In this document: one piece after another, positions 13,311 through 25,405 of the stretch
Layout: each line of letters opens with the position of its first letter
Position numbering within the stretch: the first letter of the stretch is position 1
From: Eledone cirrhosa
Lineage: Eukaryota
Assembly (NCBI GenBank): GCA_964016885.1
Contig: OZ024740.1
Coordinates: 73,594,001-73,658,000, forward strand
Length of the DNA stretch: 64,000 bases
Reading direction: 5' to 3'
Position numbers and translations under genes: made by a program
Notes under the pieces: generated by a model
Seen by the model: only the letters and a program-made list of their open reading frames with translations
The model's database searches: none
Told to the model about the DNA's origin: nothing

Positions 13311-13989
13311 GTAACATAGATTTTTTTTTCTTTATAGAGATCGATAAAATACCCCACTATCAATGGTAACAAAGGTGATTGAAAACAGACATTTGCTAGT
13401 GAAGAAATAAACACACTCACACACATATTTATATGTTTGTGAGTGTGTTTTTTAAAATAAATGTGTGTGTATATGTATACAGTATACAAATATGTGTACG
13501 TGTGTCTGTTTTATTTTGTGTGTTTATACTTTGTTAAATACTTTGAGCTCTACATTTAATAAGCTGGTTTGCAATACAGAAGAGACAGCCGTGACATAAA
13601 TGAAAAAACTCATACTTAAAAATGAATTGATTAATTAATAACCCAACATTCAATCGTTAGCAGCTAGTCTCAGTATAGTGTCGTTTAGATAAGATGTCTG
13701 TCTTGCTCATACAATGTCGAACTATCTTTCCCCCTTACCATATGAAGTGTGAAACTAATAAGACTTTTTTGTTGTTTCCTTGAACTATGTATGTATGTTC
13801 TTCTAGTTTTATAATTTTATAAATGTTTACCAATAGAGAGAGAGAGCCTGTTTCTAACGTAGATACAAGACTCTCATTGGAATTTACACATCAACTCGGT
13901 AGATATGTATGCATGTCTGTATGCATGCATGTGTGTGCAGGTATGGATGTTATTGTATGTGTGCATGTGTATGCTTTGAGTTATGTGTC

Positions 13990-14330
13990 ATCATTCATCA
14001 TCATCATCATTTCATTTTACATCCGCTTTTCCTGCTTGCAAGGGTGTGACGGGAACTGATTCTGGCTTGATTTCTACAGCTGGATGCCCTTCCTAACACC
14101 AACCTCATTTACAGTGAGTGCTGGGTGCTTTTTTTCTGTGGCGCCTACACGACCTCTTTGCAGTGGAATGATATGGACCCCAGTCCCTATCATCACATTT
14201 CTACAGCTGAGTGAACTGGAGCAATGTGAAATAAAGTGTCTTGCTCAAGGAAACAACACGTCACCCGGTCTGAGAATTGAACTCACAACCTTTCGATTGC
14301 AAGGCCAATGCTCTAACCACTAAGACATGT
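13990..14330 (-). mobile_element. tRNA-headed SINE with RTE-type 3' tail
   Basis: Reverse-complement copy of the 34569-34906 SINE; (ATG)n tail. Confidence 0.8.
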
Positions 14331-14399
14331 GCCTGTGTGTGCATGTGTATATGCTTTGTATCTGTACATGTGTATATGCAGTTATTAGATGCAGAATTT

Positions 14400-15635
14400 T
14401 TGGAATGTTTTACATTTTTACTGTCGCATTAATGGATTCTACTTGTAATTTCCTAACTAGTCGTGTTCTTCCTGTTTCTGTGAAGCCCAGCTTCTCAAGA
14501 TTTGTACTGAGGCAGTTACTAACATATCCCAGTGCCCCAATAATCACAGGTATAAATCTGAAGGTATAGTTAGGATGGAGTATCTGCCGATTTCTCATTA
14601 GTTCTGCGTAGATATTCTCTTTTTCGCTAATCTTTAATATTATATTGACATCTGCTGGGCAGCTAACTTCCACTACTGTGCATGCCTTCTTTTCCCTGTC
14701 CTATATCATTATATGTGATCTGTTATGCTTGCATTTTATTGGGGTTTTGATTGGAACATTTCACCAGTATTTCACTTTCATATTATGTATGTCTTCCACA
14801 TTGATGTAGCTTTTAATGTGTTTATTGTTGGGGCTATCTTTTCTACGGATTGCATTGTACAGTGTTTTGACCACTACATCATGCCTCATAGGTAGATAGT
14901 ACCATGATGACATCTTTGGACAGCTGCTTATGACATGGGTGACATCTACGATGTTCATTCTGCAGAGTCTGCATTTGTTGTCACATCTAGATGTTTTACC
15001 TGCATCCTTATCTCTTTGTGAATCAGTTATTTTGTGTTCTTTTCCTGTTCTTGGATTGCAAAAGCATATCCTTCAAAGTGGGAGCCAATATAGCAGTTGT
15101 TGGTCCAAGATAAACTACTTTCCTTATCTATATTACTCTCACTCTGGAGCTTTCTAGAAATATATCCATGCATGATTTTTTGCTGATAAGCATGCAGTTT
15201 TTCATCCATGGATTCACTGCGGTATTGCTGGGTAACTTCCCTGAGTGTGAGCTTTTGATTATCATGTAGGGAGTATCTTTTAAGGAGTTCCTTCCCACCT
15301 CTCATGCAGACAGACTTGCTAAATAGATGGGCTCCTACACTTTGAGGTTCATAAATGTTGTCGGAGGGATATGATGTGACACTCAAATGTTGTCCGGACT
15401 GATGTTAGGCCTCTGCCTCCCTGCTTTCGTTTCAAGTAGGGGTGGTCTATGTCACTGTTGATGTGGAAGTTTCCGGTGTTTAGAATTTTTCGAGTTTTAA
15501 CATCAATTGCTCGGATTTCGTCTATCGTCCATTCGAGTATTCCAAACGTTGGTGTTAGGACAGGCACAGCCAACACATTGTGAGCCACTGTTTTATTGTG
15601 CGCAGAGAGTTCCAAAGACCATATCTTTCTTAATC
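14400..15635 (-). mobile_element. R4/Dong-like RLE non-LTR retrotransposon, decayed 3' part
   Basis: NVLAVPVLTPTFGILEW..IDVKTRKIL..YLKRKQGGRGL; CRLC..HVISSC..MRHD (CCHC-RHD); EVSCPAD..EKENIY..IPVIIGALG (RLE). Confidence 0.8.
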
Positions 15636-16692
15636 GGGTGTAATATTCCCTGGTTACGTGTTCCTTATTGTATGTATAACGTCTACTTGTATATATATAT
15701 ATATATATATTAAAATATGAAATATTTTTTCTTTGTTCATCATTAAAATAAATAAAAAGGAGATTTGGCTGTTGTGCCTGACATTTTCTTTTATATAAAT
15801 TTCATGGTTTGCCTGCCGTTTCTAGCATTGTTGTTGACTATATAGATGTCCAATAGCAGGGTCCAAGTTTCATATTGACTTCCCTTTGATCGTAATATTT
15901 AGCCGAGTTTTCTAAAATAGTGACATCAACAATTTTGTTCATAACTTTCATAATAATTAATGTTTTATTGAAATTTTATAGAGATACTTATTAAAGGGTG
16001 TAATATACAAATTTAAAGTAGATTTGACCAAGACTAAAATATGTGATTAACAGTAAGTTTCTTTGCAATTTCTCTCATTTTATGACACATTAAATGTAAA
16101 TATGGTTTGAGGGAGATTTCGTTGTTACAACTAGCATGTGACACTTCAATAAATCTGCCTCATCTATAAAACCCCAGTACAAATTTGTGATATTATTCCA
16201 ATGCAAGGAATCAATATTTTAGAGTATAAGTAATAGAATTTCCAAAGTAATTGTTGATACTCAAAAAGATAGTCATTGCAATGTAGATAACCACAATAAT
16301 AGTTGATATCTATAAAGAAGGGTTGAATAAATCAAGTAAAGCACCTCTGGACAGACACCTGCAGGGAATTGAATCACACTTCTATCACCAAGGTTGCTTT
16401 ACCCAATTTATTTAATCATTGCTTATAATTACCAAGTATTATTGGTAGATTTGCAGTATCAATAGAGGGTCGAACGCCATGCTTTGCAGCAAAGAGTTAC
16501 GGCCCTTTATGGTCTGAGTTCAAATCCCGCCAAGGTTAACTTTGCCTTTCATCTTTACGGAGTCGATAAAATAAAGTACCAGTAATACACTGGAATAATT
16601 GCTGGCCTTGTGCCAAAAGTATAAACAAATATCATAGTTATCTGCATTGCAGTGATTATATTTTCAAATTTCAAAATGCTTCATAAATCAAC

Positions 16693-17041
16693 CAGTGGCG
16701 AAGGGTAACCTGGAAAGCAGGGCATGCAGTCCAATCGCCATGGCGGAAAGTGGGGCTGTGCAGCCTTACCCCCCCCCAATTCCCTCTAAATGACCTTCCC
16801 GGTCAAAGCCGCATGTAGTGTTATCTTTTTATGTCTATGATTTAGCAAGCGACCAAAATTCTGCTTGCTTCAACCGACGCTGTCATGTGTTTGTGTGTAT
16901 GTGTGTGTGTGTTATCTTTTTATGTGTCTACGATTTAGTAAGGAGCCAAAATTCTGCTTGCTTCAACCAATGCAATTATTCAACTCAAGATTCTATAATG
17001 CATGCACTGCATGCGTTGCATGCATGCACCCTTTGCCCCTG
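16693..17041. mobile_element. hAT-like MITE
   Basis: Imperfect 14-bp TIRs CAGTGGCGAAGGGT / ACCCTTTGCCCCTG; 8-bp TSD AAATCAAC/AAATCAAT; internal ~90-bp tandem duplication. Confidence 0.7.
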
Positions 17042-17219
17042 AAATCAATCCATTCTGTTAACTATTGACAACCCTTGCTAGCAGAGAAAATGGTCATCCT
17101 CACCACCAGCATGATGATGATGATGATGACTTTGTTGTAATGAAGGAAAATGCAGTAGATCCTCCACTCTCACACTAAGAAGTAAAATGAGATTTTTGTA
17201 AATACATTTTTTACATTAA

Positions 17220-17407
17220 CCCTTTAGCATTTAAACTGACCAGAATTCTCTCACCTCTTTCTGTTCAAACTGGCCAATCATACTTATGTTAAGGTATTGT
17301 TCTCAAAATAAATAATATCAAAATCTTATAGATTCGATATTATGTGAGGTAAAGCCTTTACCATGAAAATATAATAGTAAATATAGAGTAAAATAAATGC
17401 TAAAGGG
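17220..17407. mobile_element. piggyBac-type MITE
   Basis: TTAA-CCCTTTAGCATTTA ... TAAATGCTAAAGGG-TTAA. Confidence 0.85.
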
Positions 17408-17582
17408 TTAAACAGTAAGTCCTTTGATTTACACATGTCACATTCCTGGCAACATTTCAAAATTTTCTACAGGCTTTTCTTTAAGTACATATGGGGCTCA
17501 TGTTAATATTTTCCTACTATAATGTGAATAAAATGTTACAAAGATGTATGAATCATCTCAAATAAGCAAAATAAAGATATAA

Positions 17583-17588
17583 TTTATT
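17583..17588 (-). terminator. Candidate polyadenylation signal AATAAA of the C18orf21-like gene
   Basis: AATAAA on minus ~150 nt after the stop codon at 17737. Confidence 0.35.
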
Positions 17589-17736
17589 AAATAGATTTCA
17601 AATATTTTAATTCTCAATTTTTAGATTTAAGTTCGTTCCACCATGTCCGTAGCTGGGCTGAGACTAATAAAACAATAAATTCAAGTTTAAAATTCATGGA
17701 ATGTTAAAACACATACATGCAAACTTGACCTGAACA

Positions 17737-17893
17737 TTACACACTCAATAGAAAGTCCAGTAAAGAATCCTTATTGGAAACTGCAGATTCTTTGTTTAAC
17801 ATTGCTTTCATTTCACGTTTCACTAGCCAAGATGGTTTACTCTTCGCCTGACTCTTTGCCTTTTTGCTTTTTGAAATGCCTTTCTTGTTTGAT
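17737..17893 (-). CDS. C18orf21: C18orf21/RMP24-like gene, last coding exon
   Basis: Acceptor tctttctctttcaag|, phase 2; encodes SNKKGISKSKK..EMKAMLNKES..SLLDFLLSV*, resembling the UPF0711 C-terminus (LKxLL..FxxFLSSL). Confidence 0.75.
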
Positions 17894-17992
17894 CTTGAAA
17901 GAGAAAGATAGAGAAAAAAGTATCTTAGTATATTATATTTGATACAAAAATTGGTTACAAATAAAATTTCAGAAGAAATTACAATCATATAT

Positions 17993-18841
17993 GGGTCATT
18001 CCATCTCAAATCACCCAGAGGGTCCCAGGTCACCCCCTCAGATCCCCCTGAAAAAAATCATACTAGCTCCTGTACCTATATGATGGGAAAATATTAAGTA
18101 TTAGGTCAATATCTTTGATAGTTTTGAAATTGTAGGCCTTTAAAATATTAATTAATTATACATTTTTTCCGAATGAGCCTCTAATAAGGTAAGCATAACT
18201 TTGTGTTTGGGGCTAACTTTTTCTGTGGAGTTCAAATATCTTATCAAATCAAGTGTATTTTGTATATTTTTCCATCTACAGGCCTCTGAAGATTGCCATG
18301 AATTAAACATACAGCAAATGTATGCCTCTTTTAGCTATTTCTATCTCAATAGGTACACTAGATAAAGCAACCATAATTGTTTTCCCGTTACTTAGCATAT
18401 AGTAGACCATTTCTGAGCAGTAACCATGTTAGTTACTATTATGGGAGTGTCAGAATAAGTTTTTGAAATATGTGCAATTTCAAAAATTGTCCATTTGAAG
18501 CCCTTAGTTGACCTTGTGGGCAGTTCACTATTGTTTACCATGCATTCTTATACTTCTGAAGATGATGTGACAGAAATTTGGTTTTATTGCTGAGCTTCTT
18601 TTCAGAGTTGTGAATTTTTAGAAATTCAGTTGTCAGCGCTTTGTACAGGATCAAGTTATTCATAAAGTATTGATATAAAACAGCATGTTGCATGCCTGTG
18701 AAAGAGGCATTACAAGAGTACCTCAATAGTCAGTTGGATAGTCATATAGGTACAGGAACTAGTGTCAATTTTTTCAGAGGGTTCTGAGGGCAGTGACCTG
18801 GGAAATTTTATGAAACTGGGTGATTTGATATGGAATAACTC
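17993..18841. mobile_element. MITE with ~100-bp imperfect TIRs (possibly Sola-type)
   Basis: GGGTCATTCCATCTCAAATCACCCAG..CCTGTACCTATATGA is mirrored at 18742-18841; flanks ATAT/ATAC (4-bp TSD-like). Confidence 0.75.
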
Positions 18842-20288
18842 ATACCCAACATCCTAAACAGTAGGCCACATTAAAAAATTAAAGTCTTTACTCTGATACT
18901 TCAAATTTTCACAAAAATCTGTCTTTAGTAAAGATTATAAACCTATTTTTAGATATTTTCTAAATCATTACAGGAGGTTAAGAGTTACACAAGTTATGAG
19001 AAACATACAAAATAGAATAATGAAAAATGAGAATGTAGTGGGAATCTCTGCCAGACAATAACCACTGTATTGTGGCAACTAGTTCAAATCATTATTATTA
19101 TGTATGAGAGGGCAGTGAATTGGCATTATAGGTAGAGTGTCGGACAAAATTCTTTTTGGTATTTAGTTACAACACTACCTTCTGAGTTCAAATCCCACTG
19201 AGGTCAACTTTCCTTTTCATCCTTCTGGGGCCAAGAAAATAGTACCAGTTAAGTACTGAGGTTGGTACTGGACTTGTGCTTATGTTAGAAAGAATTATTT
19301 TGTATGATTAAATGATGACAGGAGGTGAATTGACAGAGTCATTAGAATAATGGATATTCGTTTCCACTTCCTGCACTCCAAGTTCAAATCATGCCAAAGT
19401 CAACTTTGCTTTTCATCATTTTGAGGACAATGATAAAAGTACCATTCCAGTACTGGGTTGATACTCCCTCATGTTTTTCTATCACTCTCATTCTCTTTTT
19501 CTGGAAGATATCGGCTGTGTTCAGACCTGGAGAGGAGATGGGCTTTGCTAGGTTGAAAAAATGCTCAAGAAATGCTGTGTCACTACAGCACCCCTATTAC
19601 TCCATCAGGAATTATCGAAAAAAAAAAGAACAAAATGATAATGATGAATAATGATTTCTCACAATTCCACAGTACATGCTTGACATGTATTTTATCAATC
19701 TTGGATGAACAGTGTAGTTGGAGAGATGAACAGTGTAGTTGATTAGCAGTATTTGAACTCAACGCAAAGACTTTACATTAAAACTATTAGTTCATCACTA
19801 TCTCTCAACATCATCATTGTTTAGCGTCTATTTTTTTCACACTTGCATGGGTTAGACAGGTTGTCACATTGAAATGAATCAGGTCAGGTGACCACATCTT
19901 TCTCATATGAATCTGTAGTTTGGATTGGTTTCTATAGCTGGATGCCCTTCCTGATGTCAACCATCAGAGTGGACTAGGAGCCTCTTGTGTCATTAGTGGG
20001 ATCACCATATAGGTTGGACTGGGTGCTGCCTCCTATCATATTACCAGTACAACCACCTTACAATATGAACTGGGTGCTTTTGTTGTTGTAGCACCAATCG
20101 ATAATAATAATAATTGTTTCTACTTTTGGCACAAGGCCAGCAATTACCCAGTACATTACTGCTGCTTTATTTTATCGACCGCGTAAGGATGAAAGGCAAT
20201 GTTAACCGTGGCGGGATTTGAACTCAGAACGTAAAGGGACATAACTCTATGTTCCATAATAATAATATAAATGCTTTCAAGAGCTCAC

Positions 20289-20391
20289 TTTGCTAAAGAT
20301 TCCTTCTTTTTCGAAGCTTTCTTCTTTTTCTTTGATTTCATTTCTGACATAATTTCCAACACCAGCTGTTGCTTTTTCAATTTAGAATCTT
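20289..20391 (-). CDS. C18orf21: C18orf21/RMP24-like gene, internal exon (103 nt)
   Basis: cttttacag| ... |gtgagc, phase 1 to 2, open frame EDSKLKKQQLVLEIMSEMKSKKKKKASKKKESLAK; phase-compatible with both neighbours. Confidence 0.7.
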
Positions 20392-21799
20392 CTGTAAAAG
20401 TGGAGAAAAAGTAATACAAAATATTTTACTCAAATATACATATAAGCAGTCTAAAATACATAATTTGTTTTTAGGATGCTGGAAGTACGATGGTAATGTC
20501 ATGGCCACATCTATGAAGATACCAGTGATGATCTCCCTTGAATCGAAGCTAGAGCAAAGTTAGAAAACTGAGAAGACCACACGTCAGGGCAGCACTTGAT
20601 GCATGATGATATAAGGAATTGGCGACGTCACTGCTGCTATCATCATCATCATCATTATCGTCATTGTCATCATCATCATCATCATCATAATCATCATCGT
20701 TTAACATCTGTTTTCCTTGCTAGCAAGGGTTGGATGTGTCATTACAGACTAGTTAGTACTCAAGTGGAGCCTCTGACTTCCAGGTGGACAACGAGCCAAA
20801 CATATGAATCCAGATTCGACCAGGTGCATTTTATCATGGTACCAACACTACAGTGGGTACTGTACCCCTGACACAACTAAAGAGTTCTCTTGAGCCTTTT
20901 CATATGGTTTTTACAGTGGAGCGCACTTTCTACTACTAACCACCTAACTGGGAGTACTGGATGTATTTATCGTGACACTGGCACAAGAGAGGTTGCCATC
21001 AATGACTCAACTGAAGAACCCTCCATGGTGGGAATGAAGAGGTGGGGGTGCAGTGATAGTGGGGTGGGGGTGTGGAGATACATGGATGGGTCAGGTTAAG
21101 TTTGAGGTTGGTAGATGGGTCTTCACCAGCACAAGTCATCAGACAAGAACTAACGTTTTCAATAGCTGACATAATATAAATAAAGTAAGACTCAAGGTGG
21201 GGGAGAGGGATTTAAGTGAGGAGGGGTAATTAAGATAGGGTGATGGTGGCAGTGGGGGAGGATAGGACTGTGTGAAAAAGAAGATGATAATGGGTGGTAA
21301 TGGACATAGCCATCGAATTTTAACTGGTCAGAACCACCTGGTTGTGAAGCAAACTCCTTAACCACACAGCCATGCCTGTGTATACTTCTATTACTCCATC
21401 ATCATTATTATCATCATCATCCAGTATAAAATTAAGCACTCAGTAGTGCTATACAATAGTCCCTAAATCTACAAGTGGATCAGAAGCAAAAACGACATCC
21501 TCAAAATTCCTATAAAATGGTACAATTTAAGCAACAATAAGTGCAACATTCACAGTTTAGTTCCTAGTTCAAATCTTACTATAAACATTATATTGTACCC
21601 CTAATCAAAATATCAAAGATCGCTTGATCCAGTTTGACTGACTGCCAACATCATACCATATTATATTGTACACTTTGTAGCCATTGCAGTTGTATGCTGT
21701 TAAGTCAGCAGGAAATGTGAAATAAAGTGATATAAGACAAGATAAAACTTCTTTGAAACAGAACCTTTTACATTTTATTGTTTGTTTATATAAGTGAAA

Positions 21800-22310
21800 G
21801 GATGTATGGGTAGGAAGCTGGGAATACAGATCTATGTATAGGTGGGTAGATGGCTGTGGATGTATGGGTAGGAAGCTGGGAATACAGATCTATGTATAGG
21901 TGGGTAGATGGCTGTGGATGTATGGGTAGGAAGCCGGGAATACAGATCTATGTATAGGTGGGTAGATGGCTGTGGATGTATGGGTAGGAAGCTGGGAATA
22001 CAGATCTATGTATAGGTGGGTAGATGGCTGTGGATGTATGGGTAGGAAGCTGGGAATACAGATCTATGTATAGGTGGGTAGATGGCTGTGGATGTATGGG
22101 TAGGAAGCCGGGAATACAGATCTATGTATAGGTGGGTAGATGGCTGTGGATGTATGGGTAGGAAGCTGGGAATACAGATCTATGTATAGGTGGGTAGATG
22201 GCTGTGGATGTATGGGTAGGAAGTGGGGAAGATAAATTTATGTATAGGTGGGTAGATGGCTGTGGATGTATGGGTAGGAAGTTGGGAAGATAAATTTATG
22301 TATAAGTGGC
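21800..22310 (+). repeat. 58-bp minisatellite, ~8.5 copies
   Basis: Unit GGATGTATGGGTAGGAAGCTGGGAATACAGATCTATGTATAGGTGGGTAGATGGCTGT. Confidence 0.95.
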
Positions 22311-22636
22311 TGTTGGAATAGATAGACAAGAAGGTATGTGTAAAGTGTGGAAGTGTACAGTATGGTTCAATTGAATTAAAGAAGAGGAAAGGGGAAAATA
22401 GATAAGATAAAATAATATAAATTGATTGAAATAGCCATATAGCTGCAGATTAAGAAAATGTATTGTTGGGGAATAGCAATTAGTTGTGAGCATTTTGGGA
22501 TGTTTATTATATAGTAACATGATAAACAGTAGGAAAGGCAATCAGCCATTAACAAAAAAAAAAAAAAAAAATTCAGCCCAAACCATTTCATGATGCAAGA
22601 ATGGGTAAAATAGGTGTTAATCTGTAATTGACTCAC

Positions 22637-22739
22637 CTACAGAATTGTTGGTGTTGTTGGAAGAAGTAGACTGCTTAATAGGTGCTCGTTTCTCTCCTTT
22701 GTAACTGCTTTTGGTATTACACACACGACATGTCAGGAC
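22637..22739 (-). CDS. C18orf21: C18orf21/RMP24-like gene, exon with second CxxC (103 nt)
   Basis: catttcctgaag|GTC..G|gtgagt; encodes VLTCRVCNTKSSYKGEKR.., phase 0 to 1. Confidence 0.8.
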
Positions 22740-24045
22740 CTTCAGGAAATGAAATATGCATATATGTGTATATATATATATATATATGTGTGTTTCAGCT
22801 CGCTCTGACCAGTAAGTAGCTGTTGGAACAGAATACATATGAACCCAACTTTACAATTTTCAACTGAAAACTCAACTGAAAATTCTTCCTTCTCAAAAAC
22901 GACAAAGCCTTAATTCCAGTGAAAGCTACGTTTTTGTATCGTGAACACGTATTATGAAAGATATAATACTATAACGATAATAATAATTATTCGTAAGTAC
23001 ACAATATTCCTATTAACAAACACAATAGTTTACATTATCTCAGAATTATAACATATACCAGTATTATTGTCTCCTACTGTTCAATATACACCACAGAAGT
23101 TAATATTTTGAATATTTCTATCCTTATTTGCCATTACCTATATTTATTACCTATATTTACTGTTATTATCTATATTTCTTGTTGCACAAACAACTTGGTT
23201 AAGTGATCAACAACGAATCGAAGACACTGAAAAACAATAAGTAGTTCACAACAACAGTAACAAAAAACAACAACAAAAAACACATCTTTAAATATCGCAA
23301 CTGGTCGTATATTGAAGTGGATACTTTCATTAACTCATGGTTCATTCTCTTTCAAACCGATAACATACATGCCTCAAACTTCAATTTCATTGCTAAAAGA
23401 GTTGGCCATCTCTTTAATAACTCTGCTTCGTATCTCACTGTGAGAAACCTGTAACCACGTGGATAAACTAACCCGAAATTTTTTTACTCACTACAGCCCA
23501 TTTAATGTTATTATCTATATATTTTGTTGCACAAACAACTTGGTTAAGTGATCAACAACGAATCGAAGACACTGAAAAACAATAAGTAGTTCACAACAAC
23601 AGCAACAGTAACAAAAAAACACATCTTTAAATATCGCAACTGGTCATATATTGAAGTGGATACAACTACAACATTCACATCAGCAGCTAAAAGAACTAAT
23701 AGACCCACTGCCATCACCATCATCGTCGTCATTATTGTCATCATCATTGTTTCCATCTTCTACTGCTACTTCCCCTTCTTCATCTTCTCTCCCTCCTCCT
23801 CCTGCTATTACTCCTAGTGGTCAAAGCCAAACATTCCATTCTACCTCGCCAGTGACCCATCCCAACCACTCTTACTTCCTCCATATCCCCACCACCATAG
23901 CTCCACTAACAACTCAAGTACCATTGCTACTACTACTACTATCTCAGCCAGTGTACAAAATCAACCACTGCTCCTTTCCCCCTCTCCATTCAAGTCAAAC
24001 AATTCTAAATCTCAAGCTATTCACAATCCACCGCCCACATAAACG

Positions 24046-25405
24046 ATGACGGGTAACGGAAATCCACGGACTGCCAGCTCAGAGAGCAACACTTGCCTGG
24101 CCACAGACATCATATTGAAAATCATCTCATCAACACAAAATCAAGATATAAAAAGTGTCTTGTCGAAATATGATATCAAACAGGAAAGTGGAGCAATATA
24201 CAAAAATATTTTCACAAACTGTAAGTTTACGATGTTAAAGAAAGCAGCAGTTTTCTTGAATGATGGTGTTCAAGTTGAGCTCACAAAATCAAACCTCACC
24301 AACTGGATTATAACAAGGATTGAAAACTTCCTCCCGGAGACTTGCAAAATGTGTGACAAACAGTACTGCATTACATTTGGCCAAAAACCAGCTTTGGCAT
24401 GCTTCATCTGTGGACAAGGAATACACGAAGCGTGCTACTTAAAAAAGATAAATAACCACACCATTCCAGATATTCTAGGCCTACACTGGCTATGCGGTTA
24501 TTGTTCACCAAGGGCCACAATAACGAATGAACCTAGGACCCTACCACAGACAGGCCGTTCTAAACAGACATTGATTGGCGAAATTGACATGGCAAATAAA
24601 TCCTGCCACACACAGGCCATCCAAGTGCCTCTTGTAAATGACAAGAATGAAGACAATGACATGCAAACACCTACAAAACAAGAAACAGGAGATCCTGCAG
24701 AAAAAGACCAAACTTCCCACGAAAAGAAACAGATTCAGAGCAAACGCTCAAATGAAGAAAGGCCAGTATGTATCCATTACAGGAGCAACAAGTGCAAACA
24801 TGGTCTTTCAGGTAAAGGGTGCACGTACAGTCACCCCAAACCATGCAAACCATATATCAACTTCGGTACTGATCGAAAAAAAAGGATGCCAAAATGGCCG
24901 AGAATGTGAACTCCTTCACCCAAAGATGTGCCGCAATTCGCTGAGAAAAAAAGAATGTTTTGACGAGAATTGCAAATTTATGCACCGGAAGGGTACAATT
25001 CGCATAAAAACTACTGAACCCACACCACCAGGACCAAGCTCAGCAGGGTATGAAAACCATTTCCCAAAAATGCAGAAACCAGGACATGGCTCAACAGTGA
25101 ATGAAAATCATGCTACTCAATTGCACACATCAGCTGTAACAAACCCAAACTCGCAGAAATTCGATACAGTAATGAATGAAAGCAGTTTTTTAGGCATAAT
25201 CTACCAACTACAACAACAGCTGTACTCCATACAGATGACTCAGCAAAACCAGGCAACATTGATACAAAGGCTGACACCTGGACTTACAGGGCACATACAA
25301 CAAATACAGACAGCCCAGCAGACCGAATATCCAGTCAGCACAGTCCCAGCAACTACAACAGTCTTGCCAACAATAGGGCAGATGTATCCGGTACAACAAG
25401 CATAA
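24046..25405 (+). pseudogene. LINE ORF1 with PHD finger and CCCH zinc fingers, one frameshift in an A8 run (~24876-24883)
   Basis: CKMC..CFIC..HEAC..CGYC (PHD); CIHYRSNKCKHG..CTYSHP, C..C..CELLHP and CRNS..C..CKFMH (CCCH-like). Confidence 0.8.

Noticed and set aside
23651-24049. 132-aa Ser/Pro-rich ORF upstream of LINE ORF1
   Set aside because: Low-complexity 5' UTR sequence with a non-ATG start; no domain evidence.
24870-24890. Programmed frameshift between LINE ORF1 halves at an A8 run
   Set aside because: A single-base homopolymer insertion (mutation or sequencing error) explains it, and the element has other lesions.
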